This document shows positions 9,493-19,420 of a DNA stretch of 64,000 nt, one piece after another. The notes beneath the pieces are model-generated. The model worked only from the letters and a program-made list of their open reading frames with translations, made no database searches and was not told where the DNA came from. Position numbers and translations under genes: made by a program. Numbering within the stretch: the stretch's first letter is position 1; each line of letters opens with the position of its first letter. Source of the DNA: an uncultured Bacilli bacterium (GTDB taxonomy: Bacteria > Bacillota_I > Bacilli_A > RF39 > UBA660); assembly GCA_934179675.1 (NCBI GenBank), contig CAKPQS010000001.1, forward strand, positions 10,154 through 74,153, in the 5' to 3' direction.

Positions 9493-10335
9493 TTATTCAC
9501 TCTTTACTAAATTATTTTCTTTTAAGAAACTTACATAACTACTTGTTTCAATTTGTGTGTATCCTGATTGAATCTTTGATGCAATCAATTTACCATTTTT
9601 AACAATTAATACTGCAGGTGTTGTTAAACCATCATCAAATAATGATAATGATGCCATAAATTTTTTTGCTATTGCTTTTTGTTCACTTGTAGCTTTATCT
9701 GAATAAGTTTCAGCCATATATACATCATAAACATCTAGTGAATATATTTGAACACCAGTTTCGAAAGAAGCTCTTTTTAATTGTGAAATAGCAAAGTCAT
9801 TATCAGCACTATTACTTCTTCCTAAATATATTACAGAAGTATTTTTGCTTTTTAATAATTTATAGTATTCACTATAGCTTATTTCTTTTAAATCATTCAT
9901 TCCATAATCTTTAATTAATTCATATTTATTTAAAATATTTGCTAAATAATCTTCATTTTTATAACCAATAATTGATTCTGAAACACCATTTTTACCTATT
10001 ACAGCCATTGTAGGAGTTCCAAAATCATCGTAATCAACTTTTATTTTTTCAAGTATATATTTTAATTGACTATCATTAATAGCTCGTGTATCAATATATA
10101 AATATTCTAAACCATAATTTTTTTGTAAATCTTCTAAAATTGGTTCTTGTTTAATACAATAAGTACAACCATCTCTAGCTAATTCAATGAAAGTATATTT
10201 ATCAGCACTATAAGCTTCATCAAATTTAGAAATAGTTTCTCTTCCTTTTTTACCACCTACATAATTAATTATTGGAAGTGCAATTATTAATAGTAATATA
10301 AGTCCTAAAACCGTTAAAAATCTTTTATTTTCCAT
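9493..10335 (-). CDS. membrane-anchored thioredoxin-like protein (two TRX-like folds, CxxC in the first)
   Basis: N-terminal TM; CTYC redox motif in a thioredoxin-like context (FIELARDGCTYCIKQEPIL); a second TRX-like repeat follows without CxxC. Confidence 0.4.
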   Translation of the reverse strand: MENKRFLTVLGLILLLIIALPIINYVGGKKGRETISKFDEAYSADKYTFIELARDGCTYCIKQEPILEDLQKNYGLEYLYIDTRAINDSQLKYILEKIKVDYDDFGTPTMAVIGKNGVSESIIGYKNEDYLANILNKYELIKDYGMNDLKEISYSEYYKLLKSKNTSVIYLGRSNSADNDFAISQLKRASFETGVQIYSLDVYDVYMAETYSDKATSEQKAIAKKFMASLSLFDDGLTTPAVLIVKNGKLIASKIQSGYTQIETSSYVSFLKENNLVKSE

Positions 10336-10439
10336 GTCAACCTCCTATGATGTTTTCACATCGCATTATAATTATATCATAATTTTCATAATTTTAAAGT
10401 GTTTTTATATTTAAAATAAAAAATATAACTATTTGTTTT

Positions 10440-12548
10440 TTATTTTTCAATATTTTCTTTAATAATTCTAGCTAATTCATTATTACCATTTTCATTTAAA
10501 TGGATACCATCAGGCATTAAATATTCATTTTTAATATCAATATTATAAACATTTTCTTTATTAATATTACCATTTATATTAAAAATATAAATAATATTAT
10601 CTTTAGATAAATTAATTAAATTATTATAATCATCTATTGATAAATTATTAAACACAAAAACTAATTTTTTAGTTAAATTACCTTCTTTTAATACATTAAT
10701 AATTTTTTCATAATCATCAATAATAAAATTAGAATCAGAAAAATCTTTTTTAATATATTCGAAAGCATTTAGTAATATTTCATTACCATAAAAAGTGATT
10801 TTATTATTTTTTTTATCTTCATGTTCCTTTATCATATTATCTTTTTTTATTTTATATTCATTTAAATAATTATTATATATTGCATTATAAATAGCATTAG
10901 CATAAGCATTTCTACCAGTAGGAGTTAAATGTATACCATCAGCATAAAAATATTCTCTATGACCACTAGAAATGCTTTTCCAATCAATTAAATAAACATT
11001 TTCATGTTCTGATACATATTTGCTCAAATTATTGTTAACATAATCTAAATTTGTTGTATTAATAAAATATACTATTCTATTACCTAAAATACTCATTATT
11101 TCATCTTTACAAGAAGTAGAACAATCACCATTTGTTCCTAAATGAATAACAATAGGATATCCTAATTTATTATTATTTTTTAAATTTTCAAATATTTCTG
11201 CCGCTGACCAAGCAGTTCTTGATATTTTAGCATCAAAATAACCATTTGGAAAAATATTATATAAATTGTTAACCGCACCAAGCATAACAGAATCACCAAT
11301 ACCAACGATAGGTAATTGTTTAACAATTTCTTTTAATTTTTCTTCATAATTATTAAAGTTTTTTAATTCAGTTTGCCAATCTTCTTCCTCTTTTTTTAAG
11401 TTATCTAAATATTTTTTGTTATTTTCAATTAAATTTTTTTCATTATTAGCAAGTTGTTCCTTTAAATCATTCATTTCTTTTGTATAATCTTTAGCAATAG
11501 AATATTTATAAAATCCGTAAAAAGAAAAACATATTACTAATAAACTTAATAAAATTTTTAAATATTTAAATTTTTTACCATATAAAACATAATGTAACAA
11601 AATTGATAAACTTAAAACTAATAATAGAATTATAAATGTTTTAGAAGAAATATTAATGTATTCAAACAAGAATATTATTGGATATTGTATTAAATACATT
11701 TCATAAGTTATATCAGGTAAATAAGATTTTGAAGATATATTTAAAGATCCATACTCTATCATTCTAGCACTTATAATAGTTGTTAAAATCATAAAAATAC
11801 TATAATAACTATTTGATGATGGTATAAATATAAATAATATTATAAGAATAGTTAAGTAAAAAATAAAAATTATATTTCTAAATATCTTATTATTAAAAAC
11901 CAATATTTTATAGTAATGATTTAAAAATCCTATAAACATTCCAAGAAAAAATGAAAAACTTCGAGCAAAGGTGTCATAATATGCATAATTAATTCCTTTT
12001 GTTAAATTAATTTTATAAAAATAGAAGCTAGATAAAACAAATAAAGAAAAAAGAAAAATACATGGTATTGATCTAAATTTATCACCTATTTTTTTTAATA
12101 TTTTAAATAAAAATGGAAAAATCAATTCAAATTGTATGAGGATTGATATATACCATAAGTGCATAAAAGGTGAATCAATATGGCGTGCAAAGTAGTCTAA
12201 ATTAACGCTTCTTTGCCAAAAATTATTATAGCCAAAGAGAACAGAAGTAGTTTCTGGTTTTAAATTAAACCAATATATATTGTTAAAAAATGAAATTGTA
12301 GCTATTGCAACAAATGTAACAACAATTAATGGTGCATAGACTTTTTTAAATCGATTTTTATAATATGAAATTAAAGAAAAATTATCTTTATTAAAAGCCG
12401 AATAACAAGCTAAATATCCACTAAGTACAAAAAATGTACATACAGCTAAATATCCGCCTTTTATTATTCCTAAATGATAAAATAAAATAGCAATAGCACT
12501 TATTATTCTTATTAATTTTATGTTGCGATAATAAATTTTACTTCTCAT
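10440..12548 (-). CDS. OatA-like O-acetyltransferase: acyltransferase-3 membrane domain fused to an SGNH hydrolase domain
   Basis: The N-terminal ~340 aa are polytopic, as in acyltransferase-3. They are followed by SGNH blocks VGIGDSVMLG (block I) and DGIHLTPTG (block V). The tail carries a second, degenerate SGNH-like repeat (DGIHLNENG). Confidence 0.7.
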   Translation of the reverse strand: MRSKIYYRNIKLIRIISAIAILFYHLGIIKGGYLAVCTFFVLSGYLACYSAFNKDNFSLISYYKNRFKKVYAPLIVVTFVAIATISFFNNIYWFNLKPETTSVLFGYNNFWQRSVNLDYFARHIDSPFMHLWYISILIQFELIFPFLFKILKKIGDKFRSIPCIFLFSLFVLSSFYFYKINLTKGINYAYYDTFARSFSFFLGMFIGFLNHYYKILVFNNKIFRNIIFIFYLTILIILFIFIPSSNSYYSIFMILTTIISARMIEYGSLNISSKSYLPDITYEMYLIQYPIIFLFEYINISSKTFIILLLVLSLSILLHYVLYGKKFKYLKILLSLLVICFSFYGFYKYSIAKDYTKEMNDLKEQLANNEKNLIENNKKYLDNLKKEEEDWQTELKNFNNYEEKLKEIVKQLPIVGIGDSVMLGAVNNLYNIFPNGYFDAKISRTAWSAAEIFENLKNNNKLGYPIVIHLGTNGDCSTSCKDEIMSILGNRIVYFINTTNLDYVNNNLSKYVSEHENVYLIDWKSISSGHREYFYADGIHLTPTGRNAYANAIYNAIYNNYLNEYKIKKDNMIKEHEDKKNNKITFYGNEILLNAFEYIKKDFSDSNFIIDDYEKIINVLKEGNLTKKLVFVFNNLSIDDYNNLINLSKDNIIYIFNINGNINKENVYNIDIKNEYLMPDGIHLNENGNNELARIIKENIEK

Positions 12549-12653
12549 AATAACCTCTCTTATAAATAATTATAGCATATTTGAAATTAATATATAATTT
12601 ATATTATCATCTTTACAGTATAATTTACAAATAAAAACTATTAAATATCAAAA

Positions 12654-13214
12654 CTAATATTTAATAGTATTTGTTTTATTAACAGTGTCTGAATTATTTT
12701 TTAAACAGGGTTTATATTTCCTTCTTAAACCAATCAATAATATTTCTTTAAAATTTTGATAAATAGGTAAATAAAGAACATTACCTTTATTACGACAAAT
12801 TAGTTTAAAATTCTTTTCATTTATAAATTTATCCAAAAATCTATCTTGAAAGTTTTCACAACGACAAACAATCCATTTTTTGCCAAATATTCCTACTTGT
12901 AACCAACCTAATCTCTCAACAGCAAAACTCTCATAAGGTTCATTAGCATCAGCATTATTGTGACTATATTCTTTTAATTCATTTTTTACCTTTTCATATA
13001 TTTTTTTATCATATACTTCTAATCCTAGAAGAAAAATTCTAAATAATTGCCCATGATCTTGTAATATTTTAGGTGCTAAAGATTCATCAATAAAATAACT
13101 AATCATTTGACCATCTGGTAGAACCCAACCCCTAAATCTTTCATCAGCTGTACTATATTTGGAAATATCATTCATTATTTTAAATATTTTTTCATTAGTT
13201 TCTATTTCGTTCAT
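12654..13214 (-). CDS. hypothetical protein
   Basis: 186-aa ORF with coding-like composition; no motif recognised. Confidence 0.35.
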   Translation of the reverse strand: MNEIETNEKIFKIMNDISKYSTADERFRGWVLPDGQMISYFIDESLAPKILQDHGQLFRIFLLGLEVYDKKIYEKVKNELKEYSHNNADANEPYESFAVERLGWLQVGIFGKKWIVCRCENFQDRFLDKFINEKNFKLICRNKGNVLYLPIYQNFKEILLIGLRRKYKPCLKNNSDTVNKTNTIKY

Positions 13215-13353
13215 AATAACAACCCCACTTTAATTATATTATACATAATTTTTTTTAGCAAATTTAAATAATAAATTTTTTAAAAATAATAATATACAAT
13301 TAATATTTTTACAAATATATTTATTAATAATTATTAAAATGATACCCATATAC

Positions 13354-13382
13354 TTGAAAAAATTGTCGAAAAATGGTATAAC
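13354..13382 (+). promoter_or_regulatory. sigma-A-like promoter for ltaS
   Basis: TTGAAA-17 nt-TGgTATAAC (extended -10), about 25 nt upstream of the AGAGGTGA RBS. Confidence 0.4.
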
Positions 13383-13405
13383 TACTACATATAGAGGTGA
13401 ATTAA

Positions 13406-15400
13406 ATGAAAAAGAAAAATTTAATTGATACAATTATTATATCATCCTTCTTCTTTATAGAAGAACTTATATTTAAAGCCTTAACAAATAGTTTTGTATT
13501 AGATTATAGTATTTTAAGAATACTTTTATTATCAACTATTTTGGGATTTATAATATCATTTTTAGCAAATTTAACAAATAGTAAAAAAATTAAAATGTTA
13601 ATAATTTTAATACCATGTATATTAGCAACAATATATGCACTTGCTCAATTAGGGTTTATAGCATATTTTGGTATTTACATGAGTACAAATACTGGAGGAC
13701 AATTAGGTGCTGTTAAATCATATATCATTGATTTTATTAAAAGTTTAAAACCAGTATATTATACAATATTAATTCCAATTGTTCCATTAGTAATTTACTA
13801 TAGTATTAAAAAAGTAAATGAACAAGCTAAAATAACGAATAAAGAATTATTTATAAATTTACTTGTACTTGTTACATTATGTTCAACATTTTATGGAACT
13901 GTCAATTTAAAATTTATGCAAAATAAATATCAACCAATATCAAATAAAGAATTATTTAATTATCCATCAAATCCAAGTACAACTGTTAATCAATTTGGTA
14001 TCAATGGATACTTAATATTAGATGTTAAAAGTTTATTTCAAAAAAAAGTTGAATTGACTTATGAAGCACCTAGAGAAACAATAACAGTAACTGAAAAACA
14101 TTTTGATGATACAACATGGAATAAAATAATTGATGAAGAAAAAAATTCAATAAATAATAATTTAAATAATTATTATATTTCTAGAAATCAAACAATAGAA
14201 AATGATTATACTGGATATTTTGAAGGTAAAAACTTAATAATGATTATGCTAGAATCAGTTAATGAAATTGCAATAAATAAAGAATATTTTCCAACCTTAT
14301 ATAAAATTTATTCAGAAGGATGGTCTTGGGAAAATAATTATTCACCAAGAAATACTTGTCCAACTGGTAATAATGAATTTAGTGCTTTAACATCACTATA
14401 TAGTATAAATAACACCTGCGTAGCACGTGATTATAAAAATAATACCTATTTTGAAAGTATGTTCAATTTATTTAAAAATAAAGGATATGATGTTTCTTCA
14501 TATCATGATTATACTGAACAATATTATGAAAGGTCAACATTGCATAAAAATTTAGGAAGTACATATTATGGTGCAAAGGATTTAGAAATCGAAACAAGTC
14601 CAATATACGGAAAATGGCCATCAGATATTGATTTGATTGAAAAGTCATACCCAATATTTAGCTCCAATAAAAAATATTTTGCTTTTTTAACAACAGTTAC
14701 AAGTCATGCACCATATAATAGATCATCTGAATATGGAGATAAATATTTAGATAAATTTGAAGATTTAGATATACCGACTGATATGAAACGATACTTATCA
14801 AAATTAACAGAAGTAGATAAAGCATTAGAAGCATTAATGAAAAAATTAAAACAAAATAATCAATTAAATAATACTGTAATAGTACTATTTGGTGACCATT
14901 ATCCTTATGCAATTGATACTAAAACAATTGGTGAAATGTTAGATTATGATGTTGATAGCGTTGATATAGATAAAACACCATTTGTAATATATAATTCTAA
15001 AATAACACCTGAAGTACATGAAGAATATACAAGTTATATCAACATATTACCAACAATTGCTAATCTATTTGGATTAGATTATGACGCAAGATTATATATG
15101 GGTGAAGATTTATTTAATGATGATTACAAAAGTATCGTAATATTTCCAAATGGTTCATGGAAAAATGAAATAGCATATTACAATGCAAATAATAACAAAA
15201 TAAAATATTTAGGTGAAAATAAATACACAGATGATGAAATAATAAAAATAAATAAAATAGTAACATCAAGATTACAAATGTCGACAACATCTATTAAAAA
15301 GAATTACTTTAATTATTTAAAAGAAAAATATGAAAAATATGGTATAGATAATCCATTAGATCTTTATATCACAGAAACACATGAGGAAGAAGTATCATAA
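13406..15400 (+). CDS. ltaS: LTA synthase family protein (LtaS-type sulfatase/phosphoglycerol transferase)
   Basis: Five N-terminal TM helices followed by an extracellular sulfatase/alkaline-phosphatase-fold domain (MIMLESVNE, NTCPTGNNEFSALTSLY); 664 aa. Confidence 0.8.
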   Translation: MKKKNLIDTIIISSFFFIEELIFKALTNSFVLDYSILRILLLSTILGFIISFLANLTNSKKIKMLIILIPCILATIYALAQLGFIAYFGIYMSTNTGGQLGAVKSYIIDFIKSLKPVYYTILIPIVPLVIYYSIKKVNEQAKITNKELFINLLVLVTLCSTFYGTVNLKFMQNKYQPISNKELFNYPSNPSTTVNQFGINGYLILDVKSLFQKKVELTYEAPRETITVTEKHFDDTTWNKIIDEEKNSINNNLNNYYISRNQTIENDYTGYFEGKNLIMIMLESVNEIAINKEYFPTLYKIYSEGWSWENNYSPRNTCPTGNNEFSALTSLYSINNTCVARDYKNNTYFESMFNLFKNKGYDVSSYHDYTEQYYERSTLHKNLGSTYYGAKDLEIETSPIYGKWPSDIDLIEKSYPIFSSNKKYFAFLTTVTSHAPYNRSSEYGDKYLDKFEDLDIPTDMKRYLSKLTEVDKALEALMKKLKQNNQLNNTVIVLFGDHYPYAIDTKTIGEMLDYDVDSVDIDKTPFVIYNSKITPEVHEEYTSYINILPTIANLFGLDYDARLYMGEDLFNDDYKSIVIFPNGSWKNEIAYYNANNNKIKYLGENKYTDDEIIKINKIVTSRLQMSTTSIKKNYFNYLKEKYEKYGIDNPLDLYITETHEEEVS

Positions 15401-15401
15401 A

Positions 15402-15425
15402 AAACACCAAAAGGTGTTTTTTTTA
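15402..15425. terminator. bidirectional terminator shared by convergent ltaS and sipW
   Basis: AAAAACACCaaaaGGTGTTTTTTTT hairpin with T-run; the sipW stop codon lies inside it. Confidence 0.5.
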
Positions 15426-15905
15426 TAGTAAAATAATAATAAATAAAAAAATTAAAAATATAAAATACTTAAATTTTGATAAAAATGTAATGAAATTACC
15501 TAAACCTTTAAAAACTTTAACAACTGGTCCAACAACTTTTTCTTTTTCGATTTCTGGATCTTCACTTTCATTATTATCACCTTTAGTTAATATAGTTTTA
15601 TCATTTATTTTTATAACACGATGTGCTATGTAACTAGTTTCTCTTTTAAACATTACAACATCATTAACATCGTAATTAGCGTTAACTTTTGCAATAACAT
15701 AATCACCAATATTTATATTTGGAATCATACTCCCAGAAACAATAGTACCCCCTACATAACCAAATAAATTAGGCATTGGATTTTTTAATACTTTTTTTTG
15801 ATAAACTATTGAACCAAAACAAATAATGAAAAATATCAAAAAAACAATTAAAATTTTTTTCAAAATATCAAGTATTTTTTTACCAACAGTCATTATAATC
15901 CTCAC
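15423..15905 (-). CDS. sipW: Signal peptidase I, SipW type (S26B)
   Basis: SGSMIP (catalytic Ser box), HRVI and TKGDNN boxes typical of SipW/archaeal-type SPase I; 160 aa. Confidence 0.75.
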   Translation of the reverse strand: MRIIMTVGKKILDILKKILIVFLIFFIICFGSIVYQKKVLKNPMPNLFGYVGGTIVSGSMIPNINIGDYVIAKVNANYDVNDVVMFKRETSYIAHRVIKINDKTILTKGDNNESEDPEIEKEKVVGPVVKVFKGLGNFITFLSKFKYFIFLIFLFIIILL

Positions 15906-15942
15906 TTTCTTAATACTATCATATCAAAAAAAAGTAAGAATT

Positions 15943-17043
15943 TCAATTCTTCTTACTTTCACTTAACATAATTTTTAATTCTTTTACATCTTTTCCACGA
16001 TAAAATTTAACAGTAATAGTATCTCCTACATTGTATTTATAAAGTAAATATCTAAAATGTGTTGAATCATCAGTATCTACACCATCTATTTGGAAAATAA
16101 CATCTCCATCTTTTAAGCCAGCTTTTGCAGCTACTGAATTATTCTCAACTGATGCAACTATTACACCTTTTTCAATAGAACTATCAATACTAAAATTATA
16201 ACTTCTTTGATAATAAAATTTATTATTAATATAAGCTTCAGCATCTAATGTTTGAATTCCTAAATAAGGTCTTAATATAGTTTCACCTTTTTCAAGTCTA
16301 TCAACATAAGATAAAGCAATTTCAATTGGTATAGCAAACCCCATTCCTTCAATCTTACTTTCAACAAGTTTCATCGAATTAATACCTATTACTTTACCAG
16401 TAGAAGAACATAATGGTCCTCCACTATTTCCTGGATTAATTGCAGTATCTGTTTGAATAACATCCATCAAATATTCAATATTATTAATGGTAGCTGATAC
16501 AGCCCTATTTGATCCAGATACAATACCTCTTGTAACACTGTTCATATATGTTATTCCTTGCGGAGAACCAACTGCAAATACTGTATCTCCTTTATTAATA
16601 GAACTGCTTTCTCCCATTTGAGCAACTAATAGTACACCTTCTTTAGCAATTCTTAAAACAGCTAAATCCGTAACTTCATCAAATCCTAATACGTCTGCAT
16701 CATAAGTTGCTAAATTATTGTTTGTTACTTTAACAGATGTATAATTATCAATAACATGGCAATTTGTCAAAATATAGCCATATTTATCATCTGTTTTATA
16801 AACAAATCCAGATCCAGATCCACTACCACTTTTAGTTTTTGTTTCGATATAGACAGTAGCATCATCAACTAATTCTATAGCTGATTTTAATGTATCAGAT
16901 TCAGTTACACTTACTGTTTTTTCAGTTTTTTCAATTATTTTTTCTTTTCCAATAGTAGTATTATCAAGTAATAATACAGTACCACCGACTCCTAAAAAGA
17001 ATGCAATTAATATTCCAACTAAATATAAATTTTTATTTTTCAT
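15943..17043 (-). CDS. htrA: HtrA/DegP-family serine protease with C-terminal PDZ domain
   Basis: Catalytic triad contexts TNCHVI, DLAVLRI and GNSGGPL; the C-terminal ~90 aa form a PDZ domain. Confidence 0.85.
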   Translation of the reverse strand: MKNKNLYLVGILIAFFLGVGGTVLLLDNTTIGKEKIIEKTEKTVSVTESDTLKSAIELVDDATVYIETKTKSGSGSGSGFVYKTDDKYGYILTNCHVIDNYTSVKVTNNNLATYDADVLGFDEVTDLAVLRIAKEGVLLVAQMGESSSINKGDTVFAVGSPQGITYMNSVTRGIVSGSNRAVSATINNIEYLMDVIQTDTAINPGNSGGPLCSSTGKVIGINSMKLVESKIEGMGFAIPIEIALSYVDRLEKGETILRPYLGIQTLDAEAYINNKFYYQRSYNFSIDSSIEKGVIVASVENNSVAAKAGLKDGDVIFQIDGVDTDDSTHFRYLLYKYNVGDTITVKFYRGKDVKELKIMLSESKKN

Positions 17044-17051
17044 ATTTCCTC

Positions 17052-17978
17052 CTATATTTCTAATATATCAGTCCAGTTTATTGGAAAACCTATCTTTTTG
17101 AGTATTTCTACTATTGACACACTATTTACTTTTCCATTCAAAACATCAAGTTCATAACTTATTTCATGTACTAAATCTCTAAATTCAGTTTCACTTAACA
17201 TACATTTCATTATTAAAACAAGTGCAAATAAGTCATTTTTTCCAAAAATATATTCATCTTCATTCATATCAATGTCAAGTATTTTATGATATTTTGTATC
17301 GGGTATTTTTCTACCAGTTCTATGGTCAAAGAAAATATCTTCATGAGCACAAATATTTCTAAAATTAGCTAGTAAAGATAAATAAATAATCATAGTATCG
17401 CTATTTATATTATAAATATCTGCAATACTTCTTCGATCTTCATCTTTTAAAATGCCATATAATTCAGCAACAATACCAAATGATAAAACTTTTACTAAAA
17501 CCCATAAAGGTATATATCCATAATTTGATACATAATGTGCTGTAGCACGATGCTGAGCTCCATTAATACGAATTTGTCTTTTCATTTTACTAATAATGTC
17601 ATGAACTTGTTTTATTCTACTTGGATCATCAATAAAATTTTCATCATTTAAGTAATCTTTTTCTTTATAACCATATTTTTTAGACATAAAATAACTTATT
17701 ATAGATTTTACATTATTTTCAATAACTAAAATATATTTAAAAAATATGTTACGAATTCTTCGATCAAAAATGAAAATACCATATAATTCATCAAATGTAG
17801 AACCCTTAATAAATTTTTTTTCACCAGGATACATAAGTAATTGTCTGTAGCCATTCAAAAAGAAATAATTTTCTCTAAATAATATACTTTTTGCTTTGTC
17901 AATATCTAAAATAGTTAAACCCTTAGATTTCATTATTTCAATTTGTTCATCAAGAGTTTTGAATGTCTTATCTCTCAT
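17052..17978 (-). CDS. Abi_2 family (AbiD/AbiF-like) abortive infection protein
   Basis: N-terminus KTLDEQIEIMKSKGLTI...AKSILFRENYFFLNGYRQL and FDRRIRNIFFKYILVIENNVKSII match the Abi_2 (PF07751) pattern (QiellksRGL...YYRLsgY...fDrkLRnll). Start at MRDKTF with a GGAGGA RBS. Confidence 0.7.
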   Translation of the reverse strand: MRDKTFKTLDEQIEIMKSKGLTILDIDKAKSILFRENYFFLNGYRQLLMYPGEKKFIKGSTFDELYGIFIFDRRIRNIFFKYILVIENNVKSIISYFMSKKYGYKEKDYLNDENFIDDPSRIKQVHDIISKMKRQIRINGAQHRATAHYVSNYGYIPLWVLVKVLSFGIVAELYGILKDEDRRSIADIYNINSDTMIIYLSLLANFRNICAHEDIFFDHRTGRKIPDTKYHKILDIDMNEDEYIFGKNDLFALVLIMKCMLSETEFRDLVHEISYELDVLNGKVNSVSIVEILKKIGFPINWTDILEI

Positions 17979-18117
17979 AAGTCCTCCATCCCTATTATTA
18001 ATTATATCACAAAATATGAACAAAAAGAATATCATATAAATATAATTTTACACTCAAATATTAAATAGTCAATAAATTGAAAGTAAAAATAATAATTCTT
18101 AATAAAATAAACAAAAA

Positions 18118-18150
18118 ACTGAATATTTAAATTCAGTTTTAAAATTCATT
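18118..18150 (-). terminator. rho-independent terminator after the tasA-like gene pair
   Basis: AACTGAATatttaaATTCAGTT hairpin followed by T-run on the minus strand. Confidence 0.5.
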
Positions 18151-18165
18151 AATTAATGAACATTA

Positions 18166-18762
18166 CTATTTTTGTGTAGCTACAGCTTTTAAATTAAATG
18201 TTATAGTTTTACCAGCATAAGCATTATCAATTGTACTACCATATGGCCATTCCCAGTTAACTGTAACTGAATTAGTCTTAGGATTAGTTTCAGCTGCCCA
18301 ATTGTATGAAGCAACTTCAGCACCTGCACCTGTTAATTCCGCAGTTTCAAGTGTTTTTTCCCCAACTTTGAAAATTAATCCACTAGGAGCATTAGTTAAA
18401 TTATACATAGTAATACTTGCGTCAGTAGCAACACTACTACTAGAAGCATCAACTTTTAAAGTAAAACTTCCTTTAGAACCAGGAGCAAGTTTAGCATTTT
18501 CTTTACCTAGGTTGGCACATCCCTCAGTACAAGATTTTGCTAAATCAACACGATAAGGAGTGGTATCTTTAAATGAAGTTAATCCATCTACAGCATCACC
18601 TTTATCAGCACCTAAAAAGTCAAATGTCCAAGAAGCAGTTAATGTACCTGATACTTTAGCAGTATAAGTTGTTTGGAAAAATGCATAAGTAGCATATCCA
18701 AATGCACATACTGTTACAATAAGACAAGCAACTATAAATACTTTCAATTGATCTTTTTTCAT
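18166..18762 (-). CDS. TasA/CalY (camelysin, peptidase M73)-like secreted protein with a SipW-cognate signal peptide
   Basis: 198 aa. The N-terminal signal ends in YATYAFFQTT...SGTL, like the TasA/CalY 'AFF(N/S)D...GTL' SipW recognition region. Size matches CalY, and the protein has a beta-rich T/S/A composition. Confidence 0.5.
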   Translation of the reverse strand: MKKDQLKVFIVACLIVTVCAFGYATYAFFQTTYTAKVSGTLTASWTFDFLGADKGDAVDGLTSFKDTTPYRVDLAKSCTEGCANLGKENAKLAPGSKGSFTLKVDASSSSVATDASITMYNLTNAPSGLIFKVGEKTLETAELTGAGAEVASYNWAAETNPKTNSVTVNWEWPYGSTIDNAYAGKTITFNLKAVATQK

Positions 18763-18821
18763 TTTCTTCTTCCTTCCTATAATCTTTATAATATGAAAAT
18801 TGATAAAATCAATTTTTCACC

Positions 18822-19340
18822 TTAATTTGTTTTTTGTACAGCATCAACTAGAACATCAAATTTTAAAGTCTTACCAGCAAATGTTGTATCATCAGAACCA
18901 TTAATTGGCCATTCCCAATAAATTTTGTAATTTTTCTGCATACTTGCACCATAAACTATAACTCCACTTATTTTATATGATGCTAAATTAATAGAAACTT
19001 TCTTACTTTCATCTGTATAAAATTTCAAATTATCTGGTATGTTCTCTAAATTAGCAAATGTAACAACGTAATCGATATCAACTTGACTACCTGTACCATC
19101 TAATTCAATATCAAATGTTCCATTAGAGCCTGGGCCTATTTTTCCATTTAACAAATTAGAAGCATTTTTTGCTAAATCTATAGTAAATGATTCCTTATTT
19201 TTATTTACTTTGAAACGCCATTTAGCAACAATAGATGTACTTTTTGCAGTTGAACTTTGAACAAATACAGCATAAGTAACTCCACCTATTAATACTAGAG
19301 CAACTAAAGCAAATATTATAATACTAGTTTTCTTTTTCAT
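18822..19340 (-). CDS. TasA/CalY-like secreted protein (paralogue) with a SipW-cognate signal peptide
   Basis: Start at MKKKTS (GGAGGG RBS). Signal ...GGVTYAVFVQSS, then a beta-rich domain with an ending similar to the paralogue (GKTLKFDVLVDAVQK vs GKTITFNLKAVATQK). Confidence 0.5.
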   Translation of the reverse strand: MKKKTSIIIFALVALVLIGGVTYAVFVQSSTAKSTSIVAKWRFKVNKNKESFTIDLAKNASNLLNGKIGPGSNGTFDIELDGTGSQVDIDYVVTFANLENIPDNLKFYTDESKKVSINLASYKISGVIVYGASMQKNYKIYWEWPINGSDDTTFAGKTLKFDVLVDAVQKTN

Positions 19341-19420
19341 CGTAAACCCTCCGAACCTTACTATATGTATCATTACCGTACAATATAATTCTACCCCAAA
19401 CAAAAACAAAAGTCAATGAA

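Noticed and set aside
13239-13433. 64-aa minus-strand ORF.
   Set aside because: It overlaps the ltaS promoter, RBS and start. It is hydrophobic and low-complexity, has no RBS, and is likely non-coding.
14472-14912. Two minus-strand ORFs of 60 and 71 aa.
   Set aside because: They are antisense within ltaS and are AT-rich shadow frames.
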